A DNA stretch of 52,651 nucleotides from a virus (lineage: Duplodnaviria; Caudoviricetes), in the IMG/VR virus record IMGVR_UViG_3300021599_002177, positions 1 through 52,651 of that record. One strand, given 5' to 3'. Under the pieces are notes generated by a model that worked only from the letters and a program-made list of their open reading frames with translations, did not search any database and was not told the DNA's origin. The position numbers and the translations under genes were made by a program. Below, piece after piece: positions 1 to 8,996 of the stretch (position 1 is its first letter; the number at the start of each line of letters is the position of its first letter).

Positions 1-662
1 TACTTTTCAGCAACCATTTCTATCTCCCGCTGTGGGAAGGACGGAAATCTCTGCCCTTCCACACTGCGACGGAGGGATAGAAAATTCATAAGAGAGCGAG
101 CGTTGATAGTGACATAAGCAGATGAATAGATAGTTACTGGAAGAACCCCTCTAGCAACCTCTCTAGCCACTCCATGCCTAATCATCTCTTCATAGCCTAA
201 ATATGCCTCTTTACAGGTTCTCCTGTAATTAGCCATAGTTACAGCAATCTGCTCTGGACTACCTTCTTCAAAGGTATATGCCCCTGGCTTGCCAATCTGT
301 AGAAGCTTTCTTTGATTGTCTGGGACATAGAACTCTGGTTCTAGAACTCTATAGCGACCAGACTCTTCGTTATAGGAAGCCATGCGATGTCGCATATGCT
401 CTCTCCAAACAAAGATAGGAGCCTTTACATAGAAAGTAAAGACTGAGTGCTCAAATGGAGAGCCATGACGATCTCGCATTAAGTAGTTAATAAGACCCGC
501 CTTTTTCTCAACTTGTTCCATAGAGAAACCAGAATGACGGTCTAGAGACCGTTCTCCTTGAGTTGAGACTCGAGCAGCAAAAACCACATCGTCGTCTGAT
601 GCACTGTGCTTTACTAGTTCCACTTTGACATCAGAACTGAATTTAAGATCGTCTGGGTACAA
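1..662 (-). CDS. thyX: FAD-dependent thymidylate synthase ThyX (runs off left edge)
   Basis: Manual translation from TTG at 662: MYPDDLKF...AARVS...PIFVWREHMRHRMASYNEESGRYR...GVAREVARGVLP...NARSLMNFLSLR; contains the ThyX RHRx7SxR signature. Not in the ORF track. Confidence 0.95.
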   Translation of the reverse strand, partial: MYPDDLKFSSDVKVELVKHSASDDDVVFAARVSTQGERSLDRHSGFSMEQVEKKAGLINYLMRDRHGSPFEHSVFTFYVKAPIFVWREHMRHRMASYNEESGRYRVLEPEFYVPDNQRKLLQIGKPGAYTFEEGSPEQIAVTMANYRRTCKEAYLGYEEMIRHGVAREVARGVLPVTIYSSAYVTINARSLMNFLSLRRSVEGQRFPSFPQREIEMVAEK

Positions 663-875
663 TTACTTCTTCTCTCCTTTAAAGATCTTAAAGTTAGGAG
701 CCTTTGGTACTAACTTATCAACCTTCTTCTTTTTGAAGACATTAACAAAAGCAGTCAGCAGAGCCCATACCAAAGTGAAGCCAATAAAGGCGACAATCAG
801 TACTAACACCCAACCGACCATGAAAAGACTTAGTTGCCACGCTATTTCAAACGGGCGTTGCCAGTCTAGATCCAT
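663..875 (-). CDS. Small membrane protein
   Basis: Long hydrophobic stretch, basic tail; stop abuts thyX start. Confidence 0.7.
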   Translation of the reverse strand: MDLDWQRPFEIAWQLSLFMVGWVLVLIVAFIGFTLVWALLTAFVNVFKKKKVDKLVPKAPNFKIFKGEKK

Positions 876-1011
876 CTTTACCTCTTTCCTAGGGGAGTTT
901 CCCCGTAATTAGTGTACAGACTTAGACTTAAGTATGTACGAGATTTATGCCAATGTCAACCTTTTTATAAGCTTCATATTGGACGATTTTTAAGATTTTA
1001 GGCGTACAACT

Positions 1012-1779
1012 TTAATTTATTAAGTTTTCTTTTATCTCTTTTAAAACTCTTTTGTGCATACCCGTTCTATGAAATCTATCGTAGAGCTCTTCCATACTTT
1101 GATGGGGTTTAGTGTGTTTATGGTCTAAACACGCATTTGTCTGGCTTTCTAAGTCAGGAGTAAGTTTGAATGGTTTAAACACTACTTTCTTTTCAGTATT
1201 AAACTTTAAGTAAGCTATAGGCTCATCCTCTTCTATAGTTATAGTGTCTACCCCTTCCCACAGCTGATAAATCAAAACGTAGGGCCTAAACCAAGAAGAT
1301 ATGTCAAAGCTAACAGCAGAGATAAAACCCTGCTGAGCTTGTTTAGTTTTGTGCATATATGGAGGGGTAATGGTTAAATCTAGAGGTTCCTCGCTAAAGA
1401 ACATATAGGACAGGTCAAAATCAATAGCGTAGGCATTTTGCAGGGAAGATATTCTTTCTTTAAACCACCTACCGTACTTTTGACCTTCCCTAATAACACC
1501 TTCGCTGTCTAGTTTGATTTCTGCGCTAAAAGGAGCTTTTATTACAAACATGTTATGGGTTAGGGTATGAAGAGCCGAGCATGACTGATACTCTCCAGGA
1601 TAAGGTTGCTCTACAGAAGGAGGTCGCTTAGGGTATCTAGCCCTTCTTCTTTGAATTTCACCCATGAGAGATTTAGGTTGGATATCTAGCAAAATCTGAT
1701 GGTGCTGCTTGCTAAGGTGGGCATGAGGTGCCCAATACACCACTACTTCTTCTTCTTCAGTCTCTATCTCATTACTCAT
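1012..1779 (-). CDS. Hypothetical, 'VVYWxP...FFSEE...TPP' paralogue family (remote DUF6065-like), copy 1
   Basis: Shares VVYWAP, FFSEE, TPPY, WFRP, QLW and KENL end with 4500-5252 and 13133-13936. Confidence 0.75.
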   Translation of the reverse strand: MSNEIETEEEEVVVYWAPHAHLSKQHHQILLDIQPKSLMGEIQRRRARYPKRPPSVEQPYPGEYQSCSALHTLTHNMFVIKAPFSAEIKLDSEGVIREGQKYGRWFKERISSLQNAYAIDFDLSYMFFSEEPLDLTITPPYMHKTKQAQQGFISAVSFDISSWFRPYVLIYQLWEGVDTITIEEDEPIAYLKFNTEKKVVFKPFKLTPDLESQTNACLDHKHTKPHQSMEELYDRFHRTGMHKRVLKEIKENLIN

Positions 1780-2000
1780 TCATCACACTCACAAGGGCCG
1801 TATGGGTTAAAACCACAGAACTGGCAGTTCATAGGCTCTTGGTGAGCTTTGCAGTAATAACGGAACTGATGCTCATCGCAACAAACAAAAAGCTCGTCAA
1901 TGATGGTGTAGTAATTGTTCTTATCAATAACCCTACTCAACTGGATGCTCCTGTCTTTCTTTATAGTCTTTTGTCTCTTGTTTGGTCCAGTACTCCACAT
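1776..2000 (-). CDS. Small Cys/His-rich protein (start uncertain)
   Basis: CCxxH, CxxH, CxxC motifs; 4-bp overlap with next gene. Confidence 0.45.
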   Translation of the reverse strand: MWSTGPNKRQKTIKKDRSIQLSRVIDKNNYYTIIDELFVCCDEHQFRYYCKAHQEPMNCQFCGFNPYGPCECDE

Positions 2001-2148
2001 AGGCGTACCAATGGATAAGTTCGATAGTTACAGCCTTTGAGTAGTGACAGTAGTTAAAGCCAAAGCCCCAACTATCCCAAATCCCTGCTCCTACTAAAAA
2101 CCTTCCAAATCTTTTGTTTTTACTTCTTATCTTTATTGTATCCCACAT
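1933..2148 (-). CDS. Hypothetical protein
   Basis: Start moved to MWDTIK, preceded by GAAGGAG RBS. Confidence 0.6.
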   Translation of the reverse strand: MWDTIKIRSKNKRFGRFLVGAGIWDSWGFGFNYCHYSKAVTIELIHWYAYVEYWTKQETKDYKERQEHPVE

Positions 2149-2241
2149 ATATCTCCTTCCCACATTCGGCGCAGATGTAGGCCGACATATTGTCAAGACT
2201 AAAGTAGCAATGGCCAAAGATCAAGCATGTTAGCTTTTTAA

Positions 2242-2355
2242 TTATTTGCATGTCTTTAGATGCCTAACTAAGGTCATATGAGCAAAGCCAGATCTGACCT
2301 CTATCTCTGCTTTGCAATTGGGGCAGATGACTGCCTTATTAACTGTTTTACTCAT
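2242..2355 (-). CDS. 37-aa zinc-finger-like peptide
   Basis: MSKTVNKAVICPNCKAEIEVRSGFAHMTLVRHLKTCK; CxxC...HxxxC. Confidence 0.5.
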   Translation of the reverse strand: MSKTVNKAVICPNCKAEIEVRSGFAHMTLVRHLKTCK

Positions 2356-2544
2356 TTAGTTTTGGTGCTTTCTCTGTGCTGCTTTGCGAGAGCCAAAAGC
2401 TCTTGCGTTGTCCTGTGTGGGTAGTAGCCACTATCGTCAGTGTTCTTGATGTTCTTACTACCTATCAAAGCAAGTTTGACTGACTTCCTAATAGAGGTGT
2501 AGAGAGCGTATTCCAAAAACATATAGGTCCTTTCGTCGTTGGTC

Positions 2545-3195
2545 TTAGTCTACAGGTTCTATTGTATCTGTCAAGTCCATTTTTCCCGGCGCCCTTTCCG
2601 TTATAGGAGGGACGGGAAGAGAGGGGGAGAGGGTTGTGTGTTGTGTCTTTTTGCTGGCTCTCCAGCGTGCCATGCGCTGCCTTTTCTCCTCTAGGGAGAG
2701 ATTGCGCTTGGCTTCTCGACTGCGCTCTCGTAAGCAGAGTTTGCAAAGGGCATATGGATATCCTTGCTTTTTTCGGAAAGTTGTGTTCTCTAGGGTTCTT
2801 GGGTGGCCATGACGACAGAGTTCGTTGAGAATGGGTATGCCAACATGCTCTTCTATTGAAAGTCTTATCCCTTTATTAATGGCATCTAAGTTGTTTGCAG
2901 CAACTGTGCCTAATGTTAGATGGCTTGGATTAACGCAAAGTTTGTTGTCGCATAGGTGCATCACCACAAGGTTTGAGTCTGGGAGATTTCCTTCGTTGTT
3001 TGCGAGCGCCCACGAAAATCTGTGTGCTGTGATGATTCGTTTTGGTGTGTAAGCAAAGGCTCCATACCCACTGCTTTGTTTAGCTGCTTGCCATTCCCAG
3101 CAAGATTTCTGGCTAGTCACTTGCACTTTGTTCCAGAAGCGATCAGCCCTAAGCTCTTCGTAGGTCCTTGCCATCGTCAGATGGTACATCGTCAA
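2545..3195 (-). CDS. HNH homing endonuclease
   Basis: RFWNKV...CWEW...GYG...AHRFSW...VMHLCDNKLCVNPSHLTLGT..NNLD, then CxxGH...CxxC. Confidence 0.9.
   Translation of the reverse strand: MTMYHLTMARTYEELRADRFWNKVQVTSQKSCWEWQAAKQSSGYGAFAYTPKRIITAHRFSWALANNEGNLPDSNLVVMHLCDNKLCVNPSHLTLGTVAANNLDAINKGIRLSIEEHVGIPILNELCRHGHPRTLENTTFRKKQGYPYALCKLCLRERSREAKRNLSLEEKRQRMARWRASKKTQHTTLSPSLPVPPITERAPGKMDLTDTIEPVD
2581..2647 (+). repeat. Dispersed G-rich element, copy 1
   Basis: TTTTCCCGG...TTCCGTTATA-G-rich-GGGTTGTGTGTTGTGT; same layout at 4388 and 8362. Confidence 0.75.
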
Positions 3196-3589
3196 GGTTC
3201 TCTAGGTAGCGAACGTGAGTCCTGTGTCTATGACAATTTGAGCAGACAATCTCACACTTGGCTACCTCTTCTTTAACAATCTCTAAACTAACCACCTTGT
3301 TGGAGTATTGAGATATATTAAAACGCTTCTTGCCTCGAACATGGTCAAAGTCCATAATCCAATAAGGATAGGTGGAGCCACAGTCGGCGCAAGGAGTCTT
3401 GCTTTTTAAATCTTGTAGGTAGTCTGCTATCTCTTTCTTGTGTCTTCTGCGTCTGCTGTTTGTCTTTTCAATCTGACCCTCACCAAGGTGATATGAGACA
3501 GTGCCCTTTGAGCAACTGAGGGCTTTGGATATCTCGTTATAGGAGAAGCCTTCAGCGCTTAGACGAAGGATTTCATCCTTGTGCTTCAT
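3149..3589 (-). CDS. HTH + HNH endonuclease
   Basis: N-terminal HTH (FSYNEISKALSCSKGTVSYH); PCADC...DFDH...KCEIVCSNCHRHRT. Start moved to MKHK because the track start overlaps the tRNA. Confidence 0.85.
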   Translation of the reverse strand: MKHKDEILRLSAEGFSYNEISKALSCSKGTVSYHLGEGQIEKTNSRRRRHKKEIADYLQDLKSKTPCADCGSTYPYWIMDFDHVRGKKRFNISQYSNKVVSLEIVKEEVAKCEIVCSNCHRHRTHVRYLENLDDVPSDDGKDLRRA

Positions 3590-3640
3590 AGAATACAAGT
3601 TTGACACAGGTTCAAAATGTCTATTTTGTTTGAACTTAAG

Positions 3641-3714
3641 TGCGCTATGCAAGACTCGAACTTGCGACGACCAAATTATGAGTTTGGGGCTCTAACCGAC
3701 TGAGCTAATAGCGC
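3641..3714 (-). tRNA. tRNA with CAT anticodon (elongator Met or Ile2); CCA not encoded
   Basis: GCGCTAT acceptor stem, AGCTCAGTCGGTTAGAGC D arm, CCAAA-CTCATAA-TTTGG anticodon arm, GTTCGAG T loop. Confidence 0.9.
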
Positions 3715-3715
3715 T

Positions 3716-3791
3716 TGGCGCCCTCGGCAGGGATCGAACCTGCGACGCAGACCTTAGAAGAGTCTCGCTCTATCCACTGAGCTACGAAGGC
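3716..3791 (-). tRNA. tRNA-Arg(TCT) with encoded CCA
   Basis: GCCTTCGTAGCTCAGTGGATAGAGCG-AGACT-CTTCTAA-GGTCT...GGTTCGATCCC...GGGCGCCA. Confidence 0.93.
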
Positions 3792-4361
3792 TTATATGTT
3801 TGCAGAAAGGGTTAAAGAAGGCAAAGAGCTCATGCTATTTAAATTAGTATGAGGAATTCTCCATTTTTTGCCATTGCTAAAAGGGACTTCAAACTCTGGG
3901 TTTTTACATTGTGAGCCATACATCCAACCTATTGCTTCGTAAGGTTCCGAGTGGTATTCCCTAGAAGGAAGTCTTTGTTTTTTGCTTTCTGGCCCTCCGA
4001 CTATAAGAACATACATACTCTCTTCTTTATCTAAAAAGTTGTATCTTAAGGAAGGCTCTGTTTGTTTATTGATATATGTAAAGCAGTACTTAATCTCTAC
4101 ATCCTTTACATCTTCTTCTGTCCTCCATTTATTAACATGAGGGACGAAATCGTCTAGCCCGACCATGCGAGCAAAAGCTAGCTCTGACCCAGCTGCAATA
4201 CAGTGTTGCCACATTTCCCAGATGTCGCCCTCTGAATAATTACGATTTGCTTGAGGATTTCCAAAGTAAGGTTTCTGCCTTAAATACCCAATTTCAGCGC
4301 AAACTGCTTCCTCTTCAGGGCTTAGGGTGTACTTCCATCTATTATTCTCTTCAATAAACAT
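3792..4361 (-). CDS. Hypothetical, possibly nuclease-like
   Basis: 189 aa with E...DVEIK (PD-(D/E)xK-like); leaderless TATTCT-N6-ATG start. Confidence 0.6.
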   Translation of the reverse strand: MFIEENNRWKYTLSPEEEAVCAEIGYLRQKPYFGNPQANRNYSEGDIWEMWQHCIAAGSELAFARMVGLDDFVPHVNKWRTEEDVKDVEIKYCFTYINKQTEPSLRYNFLDKEESMYVLIVGGPESKKQRLPSREYHSEPYEAIGWMYGSQCKNPEFEVPFSNGKKWRIPHTNLNSMSSLPSLTLSANI

Positions 4362-4387
4362 GTGGGGAGAATATCACTAAAACTCGA

Positions 4388-4460
4388 TTTTCCGGGCGTC
4401 CACTCCGTTATAGGTGGAGGAGGCAGATTTTCCGGGGAGGGTTGTGTGTTTGGTGTGTGT
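4388..4460 (+). repeat. Dispersed G-rich element, copy 2 (divergent intergenic region)
   Basis: TTTTCCGGG...CTCCGTTATA...GGGGAGGGTTGTGTGTTTGGTGTGTGT. Confidence 0.75.
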
Positions 4461-4499
4461 TTTCTTTTGCAAAAGTAAGTATTTGTGTAAGATGTGAAC

Positions 4500-5252
4500 A
4501 TGTCATCAAATGAACCCTTAGTAGTCTATTGGACTCCTGGTGCTATTATAGATAAGTTTGAAAACGATAACTGGAACACTATGTATGGTTCTACTATCTA
4601 TCCAGACCCTAAAAATCTCCATGCTGCTTTAATGAAAGAAAAGAACCCAGATAGAGGTCCAACTACTTTTATTTCGTGTCCTGCAGCTTTAAATACGTTT
4701 AGAAAGACTTTTATCTTTTATAACTCAAAAGCTTGTAAGTATGAATACGATCTAAGAAATATGGAAAAACCTCAGGTCAAACCTGAAGGTGATGATTATT
4801 TAAACTATGCTGTTAGAAGACCTCCAGCACTAATAGATAAACCAACCATTGAGTTCCAGCTTCGTTGGATATTCTTTTCTGAAGAGTCCTTAGAGATAGA
4901 TATAACACCTCCAATGTTTAGTCAGCCTAAATACACTAGGTATGGAACTTGCGTACCTGGTCAGTACAATATTGGTCAATGGTATAGACCTTTTGTTTTT
5001 GAAATTCAAATGTGGGAACCACAGGGTAAGTTTGTGTTGGAAAAAGATGAACCTCTTTTCTATGCTACTTTCTTTACTGATAGACCTATTGTGTTGAAGC
5101 GCTATGTCTACACAGAAAAGCTAGATAGTATTAGCAAACATTTGATTGCTAGCACTACAAACGAGCCATTAGACAGTAGATACGATTTATTTAACAACAC
5201 AAGTCAAAGAGAACTTATTCTTAAAAATATTAAAGAAAACTTACTTGAATAG
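4500..5252 (+). CDS. 'VVYWxP' paralogue family, copy 2
   Basis: VVYWTP, CPA, FFSEE, TPP, WYRP, KENL; TAAGAT-N6-ATG at 4500. Confidence 0.75.
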   Translation: MSSNEPLVVYWTPGAIIDKFENDNWNTMYGSTIYPDPKNLHAALMKEKNPDRGPTTFISCPAALNTFRKTFIFYNSKACKYEYDLRNMEKPQVKPEGDDYLNYAVRRPPALIDKPTIEFQLRWIFFSEESLEIDITPPMFSQPKYTRYGTCVPGQYNIGQWYRPFVFEIQMWEPQGKFVLEKDEPLFYATFFTDRPIVLKRYVYTEKLDSISKHLIASTTNEPLDSRYDLFNNTSQRELILKNIKENLLE

Positions 5253-5254
5253 CT

Positions 5255-5779
5255 ATGACAACTATTATAGGAATACAAAGTAAAGGCTCTTGCCTACTAG
5301 CTGCTGACTCTCGTACTACCAATGAATATGGACGCCCGTACCATCACGAAAAGGTTGCAAAGCTAACTGAGCGTGGGGAATGGATTATTGCTGGTGCAGG
5401 AGATCCTCAAGCCTGTGACATCGTTCAGCATCTATGGGCTCCACCGAAACAAACAATTAAAGATGACTATAAATATATTGTCAGTAAGGCTGCTTTAAGT
5501 ATTAGAGATTGCTTAAAGAAAAACGGATATGAAAGAGATAAATCTGATCCAGATGGAGGGTTTATTTTCTTAATAGCGTACAAAGGAACTCTTTATGAGA
5601 TTGATGAAACCTTTACTGTATATATGAGAGATGATGGTTTCTATGGAATAGGTAGTGGGTCACGGTGGGCGCTTGGAGCTTTACAAGCTGGAGCTGACTG
5701 GAAGGTTGCTTTAGAGATAGCAGAGAAAAACGACATATACACTGGATCTCCTTTTACACATATCACTCAAAAAAGCTAA
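5255..5779 (+). CDS. HslV/proteasome-beta-like Ntn peptidase, copy 1
   Basis: MTTIIG...AADSR...K...AGAG...GIGSGS..ALGAL...D.YTG; N-terminal Thr. Confidence 0.85.
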   Translation: MTTIIGIQSKGSCLLAADSRTTNEYGRPYHHEKVAKLTERGEWIIAGAGDPQACDIVQHLWAPPKQTIKDDYKYIVSKAALSIRDCLKKNGYERDKSDPDGGFIFLIAYKGTLYEIDETFTVYMRDDGFYGIGSGSRWALGALQAGADWKVALEIAEKNDIYTGSPFTHITQKS

Positions 5780-5799
5780 CCTTAGGATACAATTACAAA

Positions 5800-6537
5800 A
5801 TGAATCTATTTAAAAGGGTAATTAAGCCAAAGCCAGTAAAGATAAAGTTTTTAAATTCAAAGGCTATTGATGATGCTTATAAACCTCAGCCAGCAAGAAA
5901 AGATCTTCCATCTTGGTATAGGGATCAAGAAGCTTTTATGGGCGGTAAAAAAGGACTTATGAGGGATGCAAATACTGGAAATGCAACTATAAAAAGATGT
6001 GTACCTGTATTAGACATGTTAATGTCTGGCTACATACTTTACACTCCAGTAGATATATGGGTCAGCAACAATGAAAGGGGAGAGTATGGCTTTAACTGGA
6101 AAGGCTATGAAGTAATTGGCGACCACGATAAAGCTCAGCTAAAAAATCATCCTTATATTGATAGCAGCCCTAATAAACTCCCTAAAATTGTAAATCCGTG
6201 GTCTATCACTACTGAGCCTGGGTACTCATGTATGTTCATAAACCCTCCTCATAGAGAGTCTGTTTTTAGAATATTTGAAGGAATAGTAGATACTGATACA
6301 TACAATATTCCAGTAAATCTTCCTTTTGTCTTTAATGATCCTCTTTTTCAAGGTTTAATCCCAGCAGGAACTCCTATGGCTTTAGTTATACCTTTTAAAA
6401 GAGATTCTTTTGAGTGTGTAGTAGAAACATTAAATGAAAGCAATGCTGACAGAATAGATAAGCAAAATACTACAATGATCAGTCACTACTACGACACTTA
6501 CAGAAGACTTTTTTGGGCTGGTAAAGACTATAACTAA
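5800..6537 (+). CDS. DUF6065-like protein
   Basis: PQPA..LPSWY, TIKRCVP.LD...GY, GIVDTD, N.PF, G.IPAGTP...IPFKR; paralogue of 10990-11715. Confidence 0.7.
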   Translation: MNLFKRVIKPKPVKIKFLNSKAIDDAYKPQPARKDLPSWYRDQEAFMGGKKGLMRDANTGNATIKRCVPVLDMLMSGYILYTPVDIWVSNNERGEYGFNWKGYEVIGDHDKAQLKNHPYIDSSPNKLPKIVNPWSITTEPGYSCMFINPPHRESVFRIFEGIVDTDTYNIPVNLPFVFNDPLFQGLIPAGTPMALVIPFKRDSFECVVETLNESNADRIDKQNTTMISHYYDTYRRLFWAGKDYN

Positions 6538-6544
6538 ATTAAGT

Positions 6545-6712
6545 TTAGTTATCTTTTTTACAGGTACAGGTTACTTTTTTGCTTAACTTGTAGTGCTGTA
6601 TAGCCATCCAAAGGTTCCATCCAAACATAACAATCATTAAAAACCACATAGCTTCCATGTCACTAATAGAAGAAGTGTCTACTGCTATGTGGTCTTTATG
6701 ATCGTGATTCAT
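6545..6712 (-). CDS. 55-aa single-TM protein downstream of endolysin
   Basis: MNHDHKDH...AMWFLMIVMFGWNLWMAI...; TAATG coupling to endolysin stop. Confidence 0.55.
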   Translation of the reverse strand: MNHDHKDHIAVDTSSISDMEAMWFLMIVMFGWNLWMAIQHYKLSKKVTCTCKKDN

Positions 6713-7290
6713 TATTTAATTGCTTGGTGACATGTTGGGCAGACTTTTTCTTCTGCCTTAGCTGCTGGTGCTGACTTAGCAGCTCCTGCGCCCTTAAACT
6801 TTGGACGACCAAATCCAACAATAGAAATCATTTCTCCAGCCTTGTTCTTCTTAAACGCACGAAGTTTCTTTGAAACTTGTCCGCCATTTCGCTGGCTTCC
6901 CTTTTTATCTGGGCTGGTGTTTCCTTCGATACACCAAACAGTTCCATCTTCGTTGTCCTTGATGACAATGCCAACATGAGAAATTCTATCGACGCCATCT
7001 GCTGGGAAATCAAAATACGCAATATCTCCTGGCTCTGGATCTGCGATGTCTCCATCAATCCATGCACCAGACTTTTTAAATGCCTGTGCTCCACCTGGGG
7101 TATAAACAGTATTAGGAACTTTTACCCCGGCTTCGTTCGCACACCACATTACGAAACTTCCGCACCAAGGTTGGAAGTTAGCCTTTGTGTAAGCACCGTA
7201 CTTTGTTTCGTTATCTTTAGGACCTTCGATAGTTCCTAACTCTGCTGTAGCAACTTCAATAAGACGAGCTGCTGTTCCTTGTTCGGCCAT
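6712..7290 (-). CDS. CHAP-domain endolysin
   Basis: QPWCGSFVMWC (catalytic Cys), SHVGIV (His), IEGNT. Confidence 0.9.
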   Translation of the reverse strand: MAEQGTAARLIEVATAELGTIEGPKDNETKYGAYTKANFQPWCGSFVMWCANEAGVKVPNTVYTPGGAQAFKKSGAWIDGDIADPEPGDIAYFDFPADGVDRISHVGIVIKDNEDGTVWCIEGNTSPDKKGSQRNGGQVSKKLRAFKKNKAGEMISIVGFGRPKFKGAGAAKSAPAAKAEEKVCPTCHQAIK

Positions 7291-7292
7291 TG

Positions 7293-7736
7293 TTAGTCCT
7301 TATCCCAATCTGTATCAACTGGTTGTTGTTCTGGCATTTGTCCATCTGGTTTTGCAGCAAGACGAGCCATTGTTGCATCAATCTCTGCATCAACCTTCTT
7401 TTCTGCAATTTCAAGTTCAGATTCAAGTTTCTTATCTGCTTGAGTATTCTTGGCATCCATTTCCTTGTTCTGAAGTTGAGCTGACATAATGTCCTTAGCT
7501 CCAGAATTGCCAATCAAAATACCTGCAAGAGTTCCTGTAATAAATGTTGCAATGCTTCCTAGAACGTTAAAGAACATCTTGTCGTTCTCTGATTGAGCAT
7601 TAATTGGTTGCGAGACAAAAAGTAGTCCATACAAAATGCCAATCGCTGTGCACAGCAAAATTACGCCAAGAATAATTCCAAGGGTAAACTTCAAACGAGA
7701 GTCAAGCTCTGCTTGAGAATATCTATATCTAGCCAT
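7293..7736 (-). CDS. Two-TM membrane protein with coiled-coil tail (holin/lysis-associated?)
   Basis: Two hydrophobic helices; adjacent to endolysin; start moved to MARY. Confidence 0.6.
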   Translation of the reverse strand: MARYRYSQAELDSRLKFTLGIILGVILLCTAIGILYGLLFVSQPINAQSENDKMFFNVLGSIATFITGTLAGILIGNSGAKDIMSAQLQNKEMDAKNTQADKKLESELEIAEKKVDAEIDATMARLAAKPDGQMPEQQPVDTDWDKD

Positions 7737-7962
7737 TAGGTGTCGCTCCACTATCTGTTGTTGTCGTCTCGCCGTTAACGACTTCTTCTCCGACTAAGTC
7801 TACTGGACATGTGCCAGCTACAGTACAGACAGGCGGCTTGCATTCAGCATTTTCCCAATTGGCAGGATCTTGACATGGGTAGCGATATTGACCCTGATAT
7901 CCACAAGAACTCAGCCCTAAGGCTAGGACTGTAGAACTTAAGAAGACTGCAAGCTTCTTCAT
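7729..7962 (-). CDS. Small Cys-rich lipoprotein
   Basis: MKK + hydrophobic core + LSSC lipobox. Confidence 0.7.
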   Translation of the reverse strand: MKKLAVFLSSTVLALGLSSCGYQGQYRYPCQDPANWENAECKPPVCTVAGTCPVDLVGEEVVNGETTTTDSGATPNG

Positions 7963-8075
7963 ATCTGTGCTCATTTCTCTTTTAGGAAGAGGACGCAAAC
8001 CGGGGGTAACTATAACTCCTAAGGTATATGCGCCCTCTTCTAGTCAATTTTAAGAGAGAATATAAGGTTCTTTAA

Positions 8076-8327
8076 CTACGCCTGTCGTACAGGAAAGTTC
8101 TCAGAGTCGTCTGCAAGGAGTTCTTCATCAATGGTTGAGGGCATTCTGTGTCCTACCTTGCGATGCTCCTCCAAGTGCTCCAACATGTCTTGGGTACGAC
8201 GAGCTACAAAGCCAGTTTGCTCGAACCCTTCTTCTAGTGGACACATGCAGCAGTAAAGTGCAGGAAGCCCTGCGATGTTAGTTGCGAAGACATAAATGTC
8301 GTTTTCAAGCATTCGTGAATAAGCCAT
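8076..8327 (-). CDS. Hypothetical zinc-binding protein
   Basis: MAYSR...CCMC...HLEEH; TACAAT-N6-ATG at 8327. Confidence 0.65.
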   Translation of the reverse strand: MAYSRMLENDIYVFATNIAGLPALYCCMCPLEEGFEQTGFVARRTQDMLEHLEEHRKVGHRMPSTIDEELLADDSENFPVRQA

Positions 8328-8361
8328 AGGGAGATTGTACATATAAGAAGTAAAAGGTCAA

Positions 8362-8436
8362 TTTTCCGGGGGCACTTTCCGTTATAAATGGAGGGAGAGG
8401 GGGAAGATGTGGGAAGGGGTTTGTGTGTGGTGTGTT
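8362..8436 (+). repeat. Dispersed G-rich element, copy 3 (divergent intergenic region)
   Basis: TTTTCCGGG...TTTCCGTTATA...GGGAGAGGGGGAAGATGTGGGAAGGGGTTTGTGTGTGGTGTGT. Confidence 0.75.
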
Positions 8437-8476
8437 GGGCTAAATAACGGATTTACAGATAGCGTAGAGTATCTGT

Positions 8477-8743
8477 ATGAGCGAAGAAGAAAACTCTGCT
8501 GAAGAGAACAATATAGATCATTTGGAGTTTGACAGCCCAACTCCTCTAGAGCAAGACGCTGCTCAGATGCATGAGATGTTCAAAGCTCTTACAAAAGCAG
8601 GATTTGAGGAGAGACAAGCTTTGATGCTTGTTGCCTTTTTAATTGAAGAAGCCCATGGGGAGGGTGGAGTCAATCTTTTCTTTGACGAAACTTTCTTTAA
8701 AGAAATGAATAGGGATGAAGAGGATGACGGACAGGACTCCTGA
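8477..8743 (+). CDS. Hypothetical acidic protein
   Basis: HEMFKALTKAGFEERQAL; TAGAGT-N6-ATG start. Confidence 0.7.
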   Translation: MSEEENSAEENNIDHLEFDSPTPLEQDAAQMHEMFKALTKAGFEERQALMLVAFLIEEAHGEGGVNLFFDETFFKEMNRDEEDDGQDS

Positions 8744-8996
8744 AGAAGAAGCCTTTGTAGCGATGCTCCTCGATTGGGGAGCTCTATATGTTGGCGGAGT
8801 AGATGATGATGGTAATGACCTGTATTTTATGAATGCAGGAGTAATGAAAGATGTTTGTCGTCCGTTTTACGATATGTGGATGGCAGATATTGATAAAGGG
8901 TTATTAGAGTTGTATGAGTTGGGTTTGTTAGATGTTACCTATGATGAAAATCTAACGCCAAGATTTAGTGTAAGAACTGAGCCTAGAGAAGATTAA
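8715..8996 (+). CDS. Hypothetical acidic protein
   Basis: ORF overlapping upstream gene. Confidence 0.65.
   Translation: MKRMTDRTPEEEAFVAMLLDWGALYVGGVDDDGNDLYFMNAGVMKDVCRPFYDMWMADIDKGLLELYELGLLDVTYDENLTPRFSVRTEPRED

Noticed and set aside
2242-2355. Suspected frameshift in small zinc-finger ORF
   Set aside because: Re-reading shows ICPNCK is in frame; gene is intact.
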